This document shows positions 25,950-40,393 of a stretch of DNA of 64,000 nucleotides, piece by piece. Source of the stretch: Octopus sinensis (lineage: Eukaryota); contig NC_043004.1 of the NCBI RefSeq assembly GCF_006345805.1, forward strand, positions 100,812,001 through 100,876,000, given 5' to 3'. Below the pieces are notes generated by a model, which did no database searches, was not told the DNA's origin, and was given only the letters and a program-made list of their open reading frames with translations. The first letter of the stretch is position 1. Each line of letters opens with the position of its first letter. The position numbers and the translations under genes were made by a program.

Positions 25950-27095
25950 GAGCGGATCCTGGGTAGCGATGATTAGGCTTTCAGTCTTCTTTTTAAGGTC
26001 ACCTTGCTGAGCCACCGCCATGATGTTTCCTGGTCTTTTAAGTTGTTAGTTTTACAGTGGAACTGTAATTCCATGCAGCGTAGAGTTTCTTCTCTCGTTG
26101 GCTATTCGCGATCGGAATTCATTAGCACTTACAAGTTCATTGTTGGTAAATCCTTCTGCATTAGTAACATATCTTGTTTGTTGTTTACCAAATATTCCGT
26201 CACGTGCCTTCTTACACCGTTGATGCATTTCCGTACGCCAATCAGCCCACCTCCACCTTTACACTTCTTCGTGTAGAGTTTGTGTACATTCGTCTTATGA
26301 TGAACAGCACCATTCAATATCATTGTCTTTCAGGTAGTACGACCCAGTTGCTTAAAATCCGCTCGTGTCCGTTTCAGAATGGGTACACTATAGCAGACTA
26401 CAGCAACAGCCCATATGTTTATAGCAGTCACAAGCTTCCTTGAGTTGTGTTTTGACTGCAAGAGAAATTTGAGGTACTTCAAATATGCAGTGGTGACCTT
26501 GTCTTTCATTTCTCTGAGCAAGCTACTGTCCAGCTCCAAGATCTCAAAGTAATTGTACCCATCATCATCCGGGTCTTCCATTCGCTCTCCATTTGGCAAT
26601 TCTATGCCCCTACAATCTTCTCCTAGTGGAGGCACATGGCCTAGTGGTTAGAGCAGCAGACTGGCGGTCGAGGGATCGCAGGTTCGAATCTCAGACCAGG
26701 CGATGTGTGTGGTGTTTATGAGCGAAACACCTAAGCTCCACGCGGCTCCGGCAGGATGTAACGGAGAACTTCTGCTGACTCTTTCGCCACAACTTTCTCT
26801 CACTCTTTCTTCCTGTATCTTGCAGTTCAGTTGCGACGCACCGGCGTCCCGTCCAGGTGGGGAACCTATACGCCAAGGAAACCGGGAAACCGGCCCTTAT
26901 GAGCCAGACATGGCTCGAGAAGGAACAATCTTCTCCTCCACCCCATTTCAAAGTGAGCACCGCACACTTTGATATACAGAATCTCATCCCTATATCCTTC
27001 CTGTAATGTCTTCACAATCTCAACCAGCCTCGCTATTTCAGGCCTTGTTTTTGCGAGCAGTTTTAAATCATTCATGATAAGGAGGTGGTTATTAT
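25950..27095 (-). pseudogene. Decayed RT region of an R4/Dong-like (RLE) non-LTR retrotransposon, interrupted by a SINE
   Basis: Fragmented minus-strand translation: NHLLIMNDLKLL (NHLLYMDDLKL-like), MRFCISKCAVL, YNYFEILE, KLVTAINIWAVAVV, KGGGGLIGV, SWRWL..GDLKKKTESLIIATQD; stops and frameshifts present. Confidence 0.85.
26625..26924 (+). mobile_element. tRNA-derived SINE (head 1 variant, tail D) inserted in the RT relic
   Basis: 13-bp TSD acaatcttctcct at 26612-26624 and 26925-26937; A/B boxes tggcctagtggt and ggttcgaatct. Confidence 0.9.
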
Positions 27096-29519
27096 CTCAT
27101 TACTATTTCCAAAAGTTTTAAACATAAATATCCGGTCATAGAGTTAACTGAAACATGCAACCAACATTCGAACTAATATAATCCCAAAATCCGAGGCGCA
27201 GAAATACATTTCTAAGAATCTCCTGTATTTTGGCTGCGGTGAAATGTTTGTGCCTGAAATGTAACGATGGCATTTTCTCTTGCCTCATCGTTAGAGACAA
27301 TACATTCGATAGAGAAACGTTAAGGAAGAAAACCTACACACATATCATTAGTGAAATTGGCGATGTGACAATATACCTTAAGGGCAATCTGTGAAGTATT
27401 GGATTTTACGATGGAACTCATCCTTGTTTTTATTCTATCGCTTAGTTAGCGACTGCTTCTGTCCTTGGTAAAGGAAATGGACGTTTTAAAATTGTTATCA
27501 TGAAATATACTGGTTGCACGAAAATACATATATACGCTGACATATGTGCCCATATGCACGCGTGTGTATGTGCATATGTGTGCTTGTATGTATGCATGAA
27601 CATATATATGCGTAAACATATATGTGTATGTATATATACATATATATATATTGTATATATATATATAGATAGATAGATAGATACATATACATATATATAT
27701 ATATATTTATATATATACATACATAGCTATATATATATATATATATATACATACATACATGTATATATATATACATACATATATATGTATGTGTGTGTGT
27801 TAATAATGAAAGTAATAACAAAGCGTTGCTATGAATAATGTGTATGTAGAAATCATATTCAATATCTTTAATAAACATACATTTAATCTCACTGTTAAAA
27901 TATAACCTGTGGATAAATCACAGGAACTTTAGCAGCTGAGAACGATGATGGTCGGCCTTGTTTCGTCTTTCTTCGGATTTTAAGAGATTGCTTCCTTCTC
28001 CACTCATCTACTGAAGTTACGAAGTATATCGTATGTTATTAAAATAAATTTTAAAAAAACGTAAACAATCTGATACTAACTTATAGGACATTATATTACG
28101 GTACAAGGTTGAAGGCGGGATTTACCTAATAGAAAATATACAAACACAACCTTGTTATGGATGAGAGTGTTCAATTTCCGGGTGATGTTTACACACCTTA
28201 CTTCTGGTCGTTGTACTTATTTTGTTCGCGATTCGTCTTTTTTTTATTTTTTTGTCGATAGCAGCATAACAGTGTTGTATAAAAGATTATAAGATCATAA
28301 GATTATAATTATAAGATTTCTCGTCTTCAGATAACGATTGTGCGTGCAGCGTATAAAACTTTAAGAGCTCAAATTTATATATTAGAAAATTAACTGAATT
28401 TGTCCCAAAATATCGGAGAATTAAATGGATTTGTCTCAAAATATCCGGCAATAACGTGGCATTAACATTCAATAAGTTATACTAATATACATATTACAAG
28501 AATTATCGCTGTGCCATTGGTCTATTTATTTTGTGATCAAATGTGAGTCGATTTTGCACCAATGACAGATTTATTCTATGGAGTTAATTCTTTCTTTCTC
28601 ATTCGATGTTTTAGGCACATATGCACTTCCTATTTGTTTTATATTTCCCACAAGTAGATGGATTTTCAGTTGCGTTGAATTCCAGAATCTCATTGCATCA
28701 GGTCAGGGATATAATATACTCATAATCACTTCTAATATTTCCACAGCTCTATGTCTTTTTTAGAGTTATTTAGTTCCATGATTTAGTAATAGCAGTAGCT
28801 TTAATATTGCACATTATCTCTGTTTATTTGCACTAATATTTGCATTAAGATGCACTTTGATGTGCGTCATGAGAAAATACATTTTTAGTACCTAAAAATG
28901 ATTTTCTCATTTTGCACTTTGGTTTATTTACAGTAGCATTAATCCATATATTTGCTGAATAATGTATTTCTTAATAACTTATCGCTATGAGACTTAAATC
29001 TGGAAGATGAAATTAACTGACACCTTTCTCTAGTCTACCTCATAAGTTATGAAAATGCCATCTTTATACAATATCTTTGCTCTTTACTTCTCAATATTTT
29101 CGGGGAAGAACGGTTGGTTTGTTGTTGTTTTTGTGTTGCGTGTGGGTGTGGGTGTGTGTTTTTCTTTTTTCACATGAGTCAGTTTGAACAATACTAGTAA
29201 GCTACTCTAACGGGAAAAGAGTTCAATATCTGTTTCGCTAATGACGTGTATTTCATACAGGTTTAGAGTACCACAGGCAGAAAATCTAAGCATTGAGTGC
29301 GAGGTGTAAAATATTTATATTTGTTTTATTATTTGCTTATCAATCTCTTTTCTACATGAAAGTCTATTTCCTTCTGTATTTATGGTAATTTATACATTAA
29401 TAACAGCTCTATATTTAAAGTTCTGCGCTCTACATTGCATAATCCGATTTTTGCTTTCTGATATATTTTCATTTGCATATTGTATAAATACACCTTCATA
29501 CGTATGAGTATGCATGTAC

Positions 29520-29556
<37 letters not shown>

Positions 29557-29559
29557 CAA

Positions 29560-30330
29560 ACAAACATATAGCAAGATCCCTTCAAGTAATAAATAGCGGT
29601 CATGAATCGATCCGTTTTACAATGGGAATGAAAGAAAGGGCACTTCCTGTTTTGGATATCCTGATAAGCAGTTACAAACGATCTCTAACTGCAAGTACAG
29701 AGGCACCTACCAACATCCAAATTTTAGAGCTCTCCACCCATATCACATTCAATGTGGCCAGACGGATATATTCAATACTTACAGACACAGATTGGAGAGA
29801 GAAGTGACCGGTAGAACTCAGTATGTACCTTCAGAAACAAGTATACCACCAAAATTTAGTAAACATTCCATAACCAAAGCAAAAGAAATTCCGATTTCTG
29901 TCTTATTTAGATACTGTCGTATGTAGATGACCTCACAATGAGAGTAAAAACAAAGGCACAATACAAATATTCCATTGTGGGCAACCATATTTCTAGAAAC
30001 CACAGCATATTATATTCGGCTGAAAGACATCTTTCAATTTTACATCAAGCACCAAATTTTCGAAAAATAGTTAAAGAATTAGATATTACCAATAGCAGAA
30101 GAAAACATCAAATTTTAAAAGGCTCTTAACAGAAGCAACATTCACATTGAATGGTGTAGGTAGGAAACCGCAGAGATCCTCGTTGTAAGGTGAATGAAAT
30201 AATTGGACAGGGAGCAACTAAAAGATCGAAGAATGGGAAGGAACTGAAGGTTAATGCAAACATGAATTCCGAAGCAAATGTCTTATCTTTTGTATCATGC
30301 CTTCGATGCAATGACTATAATATCGGCAAA
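29560..30330 (+). pseudogene. Highly decayed Penelope-like RT C-terminus and start of GIY-YIG
   Basis: INSGHESIRFTM...LPVLDILI resembles the PLE motif LNSxHxxIxFT..LPFLDxLI; SEANVLSFVSCLRCNDYNIG resembles NVIYxIxCxxCxxxYIG. Confidence 0.65.
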
Positions 30331-30748
30331 AAAAAAAAACGAAATAAATAAATTATATGAGAGTGCATCCAGAAACAAATCAAATACTCATCTTCTAGAA
30401 ATTTTCATGGTGAGAATATCTAGACATTTTTGCAATGGAAAATTCGAAATATATCCTTTTTTTAATAATAAAGGAGAATAAAAGGCAAAACAAGAATACT
30501 TTATTTGAATTCTAAATCCCAGGCTAAGCAGGAAACAGTTTTCCGAAAAGAATTTCCTCAATACTGATTACCTTATAACACGTGTGTTTGAAAAACTGCA
30601 CAGCGAAGGCGCTTACACACATAATACAAACACTTTCATCCAAAAGATTCATATCATTCCCTTCCAAAATACTTTTTAATAATATATAATTTTTCAGAAA
30701 ATATTTCTTCACACACAACATATGCAATATATATATATATATATATAT

Positions 30749-30804
<56 letters not shown>

Positions 30805-30959
30805 ACATATATGTATATATTATACATATATATGTATGTATATGCATGTATGCATGTGTATAATTGTTAGAGGACAACAAACGTTAAGGCAAGACAAACA
30901 TCTAATAAAACCCATACTTTGTATTTATGTATGTATATATATATATATCCATAAATATG

Positions 30960-31022
<63 letters not shown>

Positions 31023-31069
31023 GTATATATTTACATATATATATTTATATACACACATACACAGTTTAT

Positions 31070-32350
31070 AAAAGACGGAGACAGGTATAGGAACAACAAG
31101 CAGGTGCATGAATCTAACACTCGGGAGAACTGGGAAAACCTTTTACATTTCGAGCCTACGCTCTTCGACAAAAATGATTAAGAGGGACGAAATGTGGAGA
31201 GAATGAAAAATAAAAACGGAGAGAGAAAAATATGCGAAGTTCAACGGTCCAACATGGCGAAATGACTGGAAAAAAAGAGGTTGAATGAAAGGGAGATAAT
31301 AATACTAATACTACTACTATGAATAATAATAATAACGGTAAAGGTAATGGTGACTCCAACGAACGAAGATGCGCAAGTGTATGTATGTGTGTGAGAATAG
31401 TGTTCGTGAGTGCGTATGTGTGAATGGGGGTGAATGAGTCTAACGTGTGTGTATGTGTGTGCGTGTGAATGGGGCGAGTGAGTCTAAAGTGTGTATGTGT
31501 GTGTGCGTGTGTTGTGTGTGTAACAGTTGATGTATTCAGGCGCCATGTGTACATGTGTGTGTGTTTGTGTATCTGTGTGTATGTGTGCGTGACTATGTGC
31601 GTTGCGTGTATTTATAAGTGTTGTGTGCGTTTATGCGTGTTGCGTGTGTGTGTATATATTGTCTATGTTCAGGTACAATGTGCTTGTGTGGGTGTAAGAG
31701 TGTGCATGATGGTGTGCGGCGTCTATACTGAGTTAAACAGTGTGCGTGGTTGCTTGTATAGTGGTATGTGTGGTGACGCTGTTAAAGATTGTGTGGATAA
31801 TGGTGTGTGGTGTGGCTGCTAAGAAGTGTTCGGTGCTAGTGTGTGTGGAGTAAGAAGGTATTTGCGGTTGTGAGTGTAATGGTGTGTGAAGTGAGTAATG
31901 AGTTGAATAGTGTGTATGGATGATTGTATAGTAGTGTGTGTGTGTGTGGTAAGGGTACCTAGATAGGCGATATGCAGTTGTACAGGTGGTGGGTGGTGCA
32001 GTTGGATGTGGGATGTGTGTGAGAATCTATGGAGGGTGGTTTCAGAGGAAGAGAGATGTCAGATGAAGGGATGAAATGAGTTGATCCCATGAGGTTGCAA
32101 AGGAACAAAAAGAGAAAATTAATTCCTGTTCACAGTGGAGGCGGGGGTCCGGGTAGCCCTTCTGCAGAGACAGTCCGAACACAGACAGATGCTGTAGCGA
32201 ATGACCGGTAGAGCGGAAGTGGAGCGAGACTAGGGTGTCATTTCCAAGTCTAGTGTCTCGGAGGTGCTCCGCGAACCCGTCTGCCTATCAGTGTCCCATT
32301 TGATAATGTACGGGGAAGGACAGAGAGAGCAGGAGATGCAGATTACTAAA
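31070..32350 (-). mobile_element. 3' part of a Penelope-like element: GIY-YIG C-terminus, CA-rich 3' region and pLTR with degenerate HHR
   Basis: Minus strand ~32345-32070 reads VICISCSLCPSPYI...FAEHLRDTRLGNDTLVSLHFRSTGHSLQHLSVFGL...EQELIFS...HGINS with frameshifts. HHR-like relic at 31141-31174: ttt TTGTCGA a gagc gtag gctc GAAAT GTA aaa. Confidence 0.8.
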
Positions 32351-32470
32351 GGTGTGTGTATATATATATATATGTATATATAAAATTAAAATCAAAATGA
32401 GGGTGAAAAATTGGATATTAATTTGATAACATCAGTTTTAACACCAGTGGTCTAGCATATAAAAAAACTG

Positions 32471-33098
32471 GGATCTTTTCCTTTTGATGGACGGAATTTC
32501 TAGTTAACTAAACAGTTTGAAACTTCGTATACTGGTAGAATGTGTGAAAAGAAAACACTATTTTTACTTGGCTTTTTTTGAGAAAATTGTAATTTGTTAG
32601 TTTAACGTAGTTTAATTCTTCGAATTTTAACCAATGAATTGCCAGCATTTGAGCTGAAATCATTTGCTGCGTTATCGGATAAACAAACAAGGAGAAGCAC
32701 GCTGCATACACACACACACATATATTCAGATACATACACACGTACAAACACATGCATATACATTTGCACAAGCACATAGTAATTAATATATAAGCACATA
32801 GTAATTAATATACAAGCACATAGTAATTAATATAGTAATAATATGTGTGTGCGTGTGTGTGTATGCGGCGTGCGTCTCCTTGTTTGTTTATCCGATAACG
32901 CAGCAAATGATTTCAGCTCAAATGCTGGCAATTCATTGGTTAAAATTCGAAGAATTAAACTACGTTAAACTTACAAATTACAATTTTTTGAAAAAAGCCA
33001 AGTGAAAGTAATGTTTTCTTTTCACACATTCTACCAGTATACAAAGTTTCAAATTGTTTAGTTAACTAGAAATTCCGTCCATCAAAAGGAAAAGATCA
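32471..33098. mobile_element. Palindromic MITE with ~250-bp TIRs, Merlin-like
   Basis: Termini ggatcttttccttttgatggacgg and ccgtccatcaaaaggaaaagatc(a); TSD aaaaactg at 32463-32470 and 33099-33106. A GG terminus with an 8-9 bp TSD fits Merlin. The centre holds three 22-bp tandem units. Confidence 0.8.
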
Positions 33099-33131
33099 AA
33101 AAACTGAGATTCAGTAAATAGTATTTCATAC

Positions 33132-33363
33132 ATAAATATAAGAGAGAATTCTTTTAATCACTATGTGGAAACCCTTATGCTAGAAGAAGATCCACTATGG
33201 TCTTAACCACTAAGGATTGTTCTCCAGAAAATTTGTCTTGCTCGCTTACGTTTCTGGTGTGCTAAATTTTCTGGAGAACAATTCTTAGTGGTTAAGACCA
33301 TAGAGGATTTTCTCCTAACATAAGGGTTTCCACATAGTGGTTAAAAAATTCCCTTATATTTAT
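33132..33363. repeat. ~100-bp inverted repeat, probably an inverted PLE pLTR remnant
   Basis: Arms 33132-33234 and 33264-33363. The spacer contains cttacgtttc (GAAACGUA on the minus strand), a possible HHR 3' half. Confidence 0.7.
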
Positions 33364-34932
33364 ATATATAATGGACACTCCCGTCGAAGACAACGTATGA
33401 GCATTCAGTTTTTGCCGAACGACCTGCACAACTGATTTTTTTATAGTGATCAAATGTTCGTACCGCAAATAAGGTCACTTTCGTCATCCAATCGACGTTG
33501 TCTGAACAGGTGCACTGTGTACCACAAATCAGATGTCACAGTGATCGCAGAGCAACGTGAGATGAAGCGTTTTGCTCAAGAACACTCGGTCTAGGAATTG
33601 AAATCACAAGTTTATATATATAAGCTCTTAAACTCCTATTTCCTGATTAGGGTAAAAATAATTCTGCGAAACAAGATTTGGCTAAAAGTACAGTGTACCT
33701 CGAGAGGGTAATAAAAATACTTAAGATGAGAGACATGGATATATGGCACTACATCATTAAAATTATTTACAAAACCTTTATGCAAACATAACTAAAGATA
33801 TAATTAATGACTCAAAATTATATTCCAAGATAGTTCTTTACAGCTGTTTCAAAAAATTCAGCGATCGTTTGATGTTTTAATGTGTATTACGTAAAGCAAT
33901 GCGCTTACTGATGCAATAATACACATTAAACAAGTTTACGCTATTTAACTGTTATAATGAACGCATACGCATGAAACATTGAAGCGCCGATTTTCTTTCA
34001 TGTGTGAAGATGATGATGATGATTATGTGTGTGTGTGTGGAATAGGTCTTGTATGGAGGTAGAAATACATAGCTTAAATGAAGATTCAATACACATGTAA
34101 TAAAAATGAATATCTTTAAAAATCGCAAATATAAATGCGTGTATATGAGTGCATGTATGTATATTTATGTATATGTGTATGTATGTGTGCGCGAGTATAT
34201 ATGTTCATATGTATATATGTATGCATTTATTTATGTGTATATATATATATGTATATATATATGTATATATATATACATATGTGTGTGTTGTGTGTGTGAT
34301 ATATATGTGTGTGTTATATATGTATATATATGTATATGTGTGTGTGTATAAGCAGAATGTGAGAAAGGGAAAGAGGGAAAGAAAGTGAGAAATAGTGTGA
34401 AAGAGAAAGAGAGAATTATGAAAATACTATCTTAAATATTTGACCGTTTGATCAATTACTCGTTTCACAATCCATCAGAAGTGAGTACGGAGGGAGGGTC
34501 ATGCCTAGGGTTTTGGATTTATCTTTTTGGTTTGTTTTCAATATATGTATACATTTTTTTAATATTCATTAATGTCTTTATTTTTTTGTTTTGATTTTTG
34601 CTTCTTTTTCTTTTTTTTGTTACAAAATTATGCTTAACAGATAAATGTTTCTTGAGACAAGCAAGATATGTGACTTTGGTTGGGAGATATCTAAAATTAT
34701 AAAAAATAAGAAATATATTTTAGAAATAGAAAAAAAAGATACATAGCGCTATTCTATCTGGGACTAATATATTCAACATCTGTCATTATAGACATATATT
34801 TCTAAGAAATACCTCATAACAGATCTTCATGACCAGAATGTTTCAGCATTCAGATATTAATATATAATATGAATGACATCTTTGTCCACCACCATCTCTT
34901 CCACTCTGTTTCTCTCCCTTTCGTTTCCACAG

Positions 34933-35001
<69 letters not shown>

Positions 35002-35420
35002 TCTTCGTTTGTCTCATTCTTTTTAGTTGTATCTGTCTAAATCGTCCAATTCCTCTTCATGACTGTTTCTATCTTTCTGACTTTGATATCTGAGGCTAGC
35101 TTCTTAGCCTTTAACTTTCTGTCGCACTTCTCTCTCTCACTCTCCTTCTCTCCCTCTCTCTCTCTCCCCTCATCTCTCTCTCTCTCCTCATCTCTCTCTC
35201 TCCTCATCTCTCTCTCCCTCTGTCAATATATTTCTCTCGCTTATTTCTTCTTATCTTTCTTTTCGTGAATCTTCTTGTCTCTATTTCCTTATCTATCATT
35301 AAAACTCTCACATTCTCTCTCTGTATCTCTCTCTCATTCTGTACTTCTCCCCTCTCTCTGTTTATCTCTCTATCGCTCTATCTATCTGTCTGTCTGTCTG
35401 TCTGTCTGTCTGTATGTCTG

Positions 35421-35466
<46 letters not shown>

Positions 35467-35486
35467 CATCCATCCATCTATCTATA

Positions 35487-35583
<97 letters not shown>

Positions 35584-36401
35584 ATCTATGTATCTATCTT
35601 TCTTCCTTTTTCTTTCTTTCTATCTCTTTATCTGTGTATCTGTCTATCTATTTATCCGTCTATATATCTATTTTTCTATCTACCTCTCTCCCTACTTCTC
35701 TCAAAATTTATTCTAACCCTCCTATCTCAACTATTTTCTGACGTTGTGATTATCACTGTATTTCTCCATCACTGAAACTCGTTACCTCCCTCTCTCTTAC
35801 ATCTATGTATCTATTTTATCCCTATCTTTACTTCCCTGTTCAACAATTACTTTCTATTTTATATTGATCAATATATATTGAAATTGAGAAGCAATTTCAA
35901 ATCCCCAGTTATTATAGAACGGCAGAACGAAAATGTCCCCATTGAAATATATCATAGAGTAAGACAGGAACACTTGGTCCTATATATAAAACTAAATGGG
36001 AATATAAAGCGCCCTCTATTCCATCCAATTTGCATAAGGAATAAATTAATATGCTACAAAGATTGTTATATTTCATACCACTCCCTTTTGAAACCTTTAA
36101 ATGATGGATATTTTCTTCCCCAAACCGCGCCAGCAAAATTTATTCATGATTTTATTCAAATACTACTCCACCGTTTCTCTCTCTCTCTTTCATGTATATA
36201 CACATGTGTATGTGTGCATGTATAATATTATGTATATGTACAGATATATATATATTTATATATATATATATATATAAATAATATGTACGTGCACGCACAC
36301 ACCCCAACGTGTACATATTATTGAATGTGTTTGAGTATATATATGTGTGTGTGTATGCGCTTGTATCCGTGCGTGTGTAAATTATTTTAGATAGTAGTTC
36401 G

Positions 36402-36444
<43 letters not shown>

Positions 36445-36472
36445 TCGTATGTGTGTGTGCGTGAGTATATCT

Positions 36473-36503
<31 letters not shown>

Positions 36504-36531
36504 TATGTATATATATATATATATATAATAT

Positions 36532-36592
36532 ATGGCGGTGCCCCCAGCATGGCCACAGCTCATAGGCTGGAACTGGAATCAATCAATCAATC
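36532..36592 (+). mobile_element. Short LINE/SINE 3'-end fragment (atggcggtgccccagcatggccacagctc)
   Basis: A second copy lies at 59081-59135; related to the tail of the SINE at 53484-53886. Confidence 0.65.
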
Positions 36593-36645
36593 ATTATCTA
36601 TATATATATATATATAGTTATATATATATTATATATTTTATATAC

Positions 36646-36689
<44 letters not shown>

Positions 36690-37557
36690 TCACACCACAC
36701 ATACACATGTATGTATGTATGTATGTATGAAATGAATATACATATCAAATATTTTCATTTCCCGTCATGGGTATTTATAAATTTACGTAGCTGTATTAGA
36801 TCCATCAGTCAGGCAAACACTTGAGTGAGGGCGAGGTGGAAGGGAATGTCTATGGTGATGGTGGTGGTGGTAGTGGTGACGGTGATGCGTGGGAGGTATT
36901 AGTGATAAAGGAGGAAGGGAAGACAATCTAAGTTCCCGTCCCCGAGCAGTTTAGCTGGCTTGTTATTATTTCACACATTCCATCACTACTTGGCAACTCA
37001 GACAACGAATGAATGAACGAACAAATTGAGTGACAATTCTCTGCTGGAATAGCTTTTAGACGGTGACATTTAACGGATTACGTGAAACCGAGCACCTGAC
37101 TTCTAAATAACACACATGATATTTAGTGTCAACTCAGCTCACAGGTGCCGTTGATGGGTTACCAGATACGAGATATAAAACAAAAACCATAACTACAACC
37201 AATTGACCATAATCGTTAGAACCTACATCCATCGCTCGCTTAGGTTTAAATGACCAAGAGGGATTATAGATGGGAGATGGCGCGATGTAAAACGGGAAAT
37301 TAAGGTAAATGAATTAACAGATTTATGACCCCGGAATATGGATAAAGAAATAAAAACAGGCAATTCATCATCGTATACGTTGCTATCAATGGACAATTTC
37401 AGATATCACCGTTGTAATTGGATACGCGTACTAGGTAAATGTGACCTGAATTACGGTATAAATTGTTGATTCGAATACGTCCGAAAGAAAGATGGAGCCA
37501 TCTTGCTCGGCAAATCATTTATTTATATGTATATACAATCAATGACTCTTCTTTCTT

Positions 37558-37588
<31 letters not shown>

Positions 37589-37683
37589 CTCTCTCTCTCT
37601 CCTCTTCTTCTCCCTCACCCTATCTCCCTCTCACACAATCTCATTTTTATTCTCTCGCTTTCTCTGTATATATAAATATAAAG

Positions 37684-37724
<41 letters not shown>

Positions 37725-38130
37725 TAGATAGATACATAACATACATAATATACATAATACATACATACATACATACATATGATACACACACAAATAAAAT
37801 ACATATGCATATATATATATATATATAATATTATATAATATATATATATACATACAAAGTCAAATGCGATACATAAAATTAATATATATATATTATATAT
37901 ATATAATTAATATATATAATATATATATATATATAATATATATATAAGACTAGTATGTGTTTAAATATACGTGTGTGTTGTTGTCTGTAAATCTGTGTGT
38001 AAAAGTAAAACTAAATCATGGATTTCGTTGGTTTCAATTGAATCATCTACTCTTTGGAGTATGTGTCAGTGGGAAGTACACTTCAGGAAAAAACGATATG
38101 AGACACGATTGGCTCTTTTATTTACAGATA

Positions 38131-38691
38131 TGAGGTGCAATCCAGAAATCTTGAGACTTTTTCAGGGGAGAGAGAGCGAGAGAGAAAGGGAAGAGGAGAG
38201 CGAGAGAGAGAGTGAGAGAGAGAGACGTTTGTTGATTTCAAAAAATTGCAGAACTCTAATCTCCTTTAAAGTAGGATTGCCTGGCTTCAATGCAGTTGTC
38301 GTAGCGCCACAGACACTTCATGAAGGCTCCATGGAAGTTATCCAATATGAAGGTGTCTAGGACTCTTGTCAAAGGCCCCTTTTATCTTTTTAATGTCTTC
38401 TAAACGACTGCCGCCGAGGTTTTACTTCAGTCTGGTGAAGAACCAAAAGTCTCTGAGAACAAGTTCTGAACTAGACGCAGTTATGATGCCCATCTCTGTC
38501 GTTGGTTACCCGGACGGAAACGTAACAAGGTGTGTATAATATACTGTGACAAACATTCTTTTCGAAGGGTGTATTCAAAGTGCTCTTACAGCTGTCCCCT
38601 TCACCCTGGAATAAAAATAGTTGGCGGAGCACTTTAATATATCTAGAACAATGTCTCCAAAAAATTCTAAAACCTCCTGAAATGCACCTCG
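38131..38691 (-). mobile_element. Internally deleted Tc1/mariner remnant
   Basis: TA-flanked termini tgaggtgca and tgcacctcg. Minus strand ~38500-38268 reads ..ELVLRDFWFFTRLK*NLGGSRLEDIKKIK..FHGAFMKCLWRYDNCIEARQSYFKGD*, matching a mariner C-terminus (DLAPCDFWLFPKLK...KCIxxxGxYFEGD). Confidence 0.75.
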
Positions 38692-38897
38692 TACAATCGA
38701 CCTGACAATCATCTACGGAGTTTTTAAGAACTCAATTCCATCGACATGTCATGAGTCTACTCGAGTTGTGGTAAAACCTTTTATACCCTAGATGTCACAC
38801 ATTGTAAACGACCCCTAATGACGTGAGTGTATTTATGTATGTGTACGTACGTGTGCGACCTACACACATACGAATTGTATTTATGTGTGTATATTTA

Positions 38898-39160
38898 TCA
38901 TTTACTTGTTTCACTTATTAGATTGCGGCCGTGTTGGGGCATCACCTTGAAGAATCTTTAGTCGGATAAGTCTACCCTAGTTTATTTTTTCAGCTTGGTA
39001 CTTATTCTATCAGTCCTTTTTACCGAATAGCTAGGTACAATGACACAATGACACAAAAACATACACACACAAATGTGTGTGCGTGTGTTTGTATGTATAC
39101 ATATTTATACGACGGGTTTCTAAGTTTCCGAGTACCAAATCTACTCAACACTTGCCCATA
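38898..39160 (-). mobile_element. Decayed SINE (family of 53484-53886)
   Basis: ttacttgtttcacttattagattgcggcc...gacgggtttctaagtttccg. Confidence 0.65.
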
Positions 39161-39213
39161 TAGAGCACAACGCATTGAGTTCCCTAAGGATTTATAATAC
39201 TGCTAAGACGATC

Positions 39214-39256
<43 letters not shown>

Positions 39257-40009
39257 AATATATGTGTGCATGTGTGCGTGTGTGTTTCTGTATATGTGTG
39301 TGTATGCATGTATGTATATGGTTACGCATATGTGTATGCCCTTGTATATTTACACATGTGTGTGAATGTATATATATAAGTGGGCGAAACTGTGTTGACA
39401 TTCCAGACTCCGACTAAAGAGGCAATTGGCTGTGAATGATCAATGTATTTTGTTTTATCCTGTTTGCCGTCGTCGTGCTATCGTCCTTTTCCCGCATGTT
39501 CTGTTTTGACGGTTTCCGATTTTTGGGGGGGGTTTTTATGTTCTACCTTTGATATATATATATATGATATATATATATATATATATATATATAATGCAAT
39601 ACATACAATATAATATAATATATAATATAATATAAAATAATAGTATAATATATGATATATATAATATAAGCTAATACATCTGTTTGTTGTTTACACACCC
39701 GTCTTCGTCCTTTGTTTCTTTTTTAGTAAATTCTCACTATATCTATATATATATATAATCACACACACAAATGTATATAGGTGTTTGTGTGTGCGCGTGC
39801 ATGCGTGTCAGTGCGTATGCGTGTATATTAGTTAATTTTCCACTTCACTACTGCCATGTCATGTCAGCTTCTCTGCTTAACGTGCTGATGTGTGATGTTA
39901 TTTTGTCGAACGATCGTGTCGCCGACGCCATTATGATCCTAGTGTGTAACTATTTCTCATAGATTACTCATGTCATTTGGTAAGACAATAACCACATTCG
40001 GCTCGCATT

Positions 40010-40393
40010 GAAGCACTCCGTCGGTTACGACGACGAGGGTTCCGGTTGATCCGAATCAACGGAACAGCCTGCTCGTGAAATTAACGTGTAAGTGGCTGAG
40101 CACTCCACAGACACGTGCACCCTTAACGTAGTTCTCGGGGATATTCAGCGTGACACAGAGAGTGACAAGGCCGGCCCTTTGAAATACAGGTACAACGAAA
40201 TAAGAAGAAAAAGTGAGTGAGAGAAAGTTGTGGTGAAAGAGGTACAGCAGGGATCACCACCATCCCTGCCGGGGCCTCGTGGAACTTTTATGTGTTTTCG
40301 CTCAATAAACACTCACAACGCCCGGTCTGGAATCGGAACCGCGATCCTATGACCGCGTGTCGCTTGCCCTAAACACTGGGCATTGCGCCTCAC
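40010..40393 (-). mobile_element. tRNA-derived SINE (head 1, tail B)
   Basis: 11-bp TSD cggctcgcatt at 39999-40009 and 40394-40404; closely matches the reverse complement of 56394-56779. Confidence 0.9.

Noticed and set aside
33839-33850. HHR 3' half GAAAC-agct-GUA on the minus strand (similar half at ~39386-39400 on the plus strand)
   Set aside because: The 5' core and stem II are missing; at most truncated pLTR relics.
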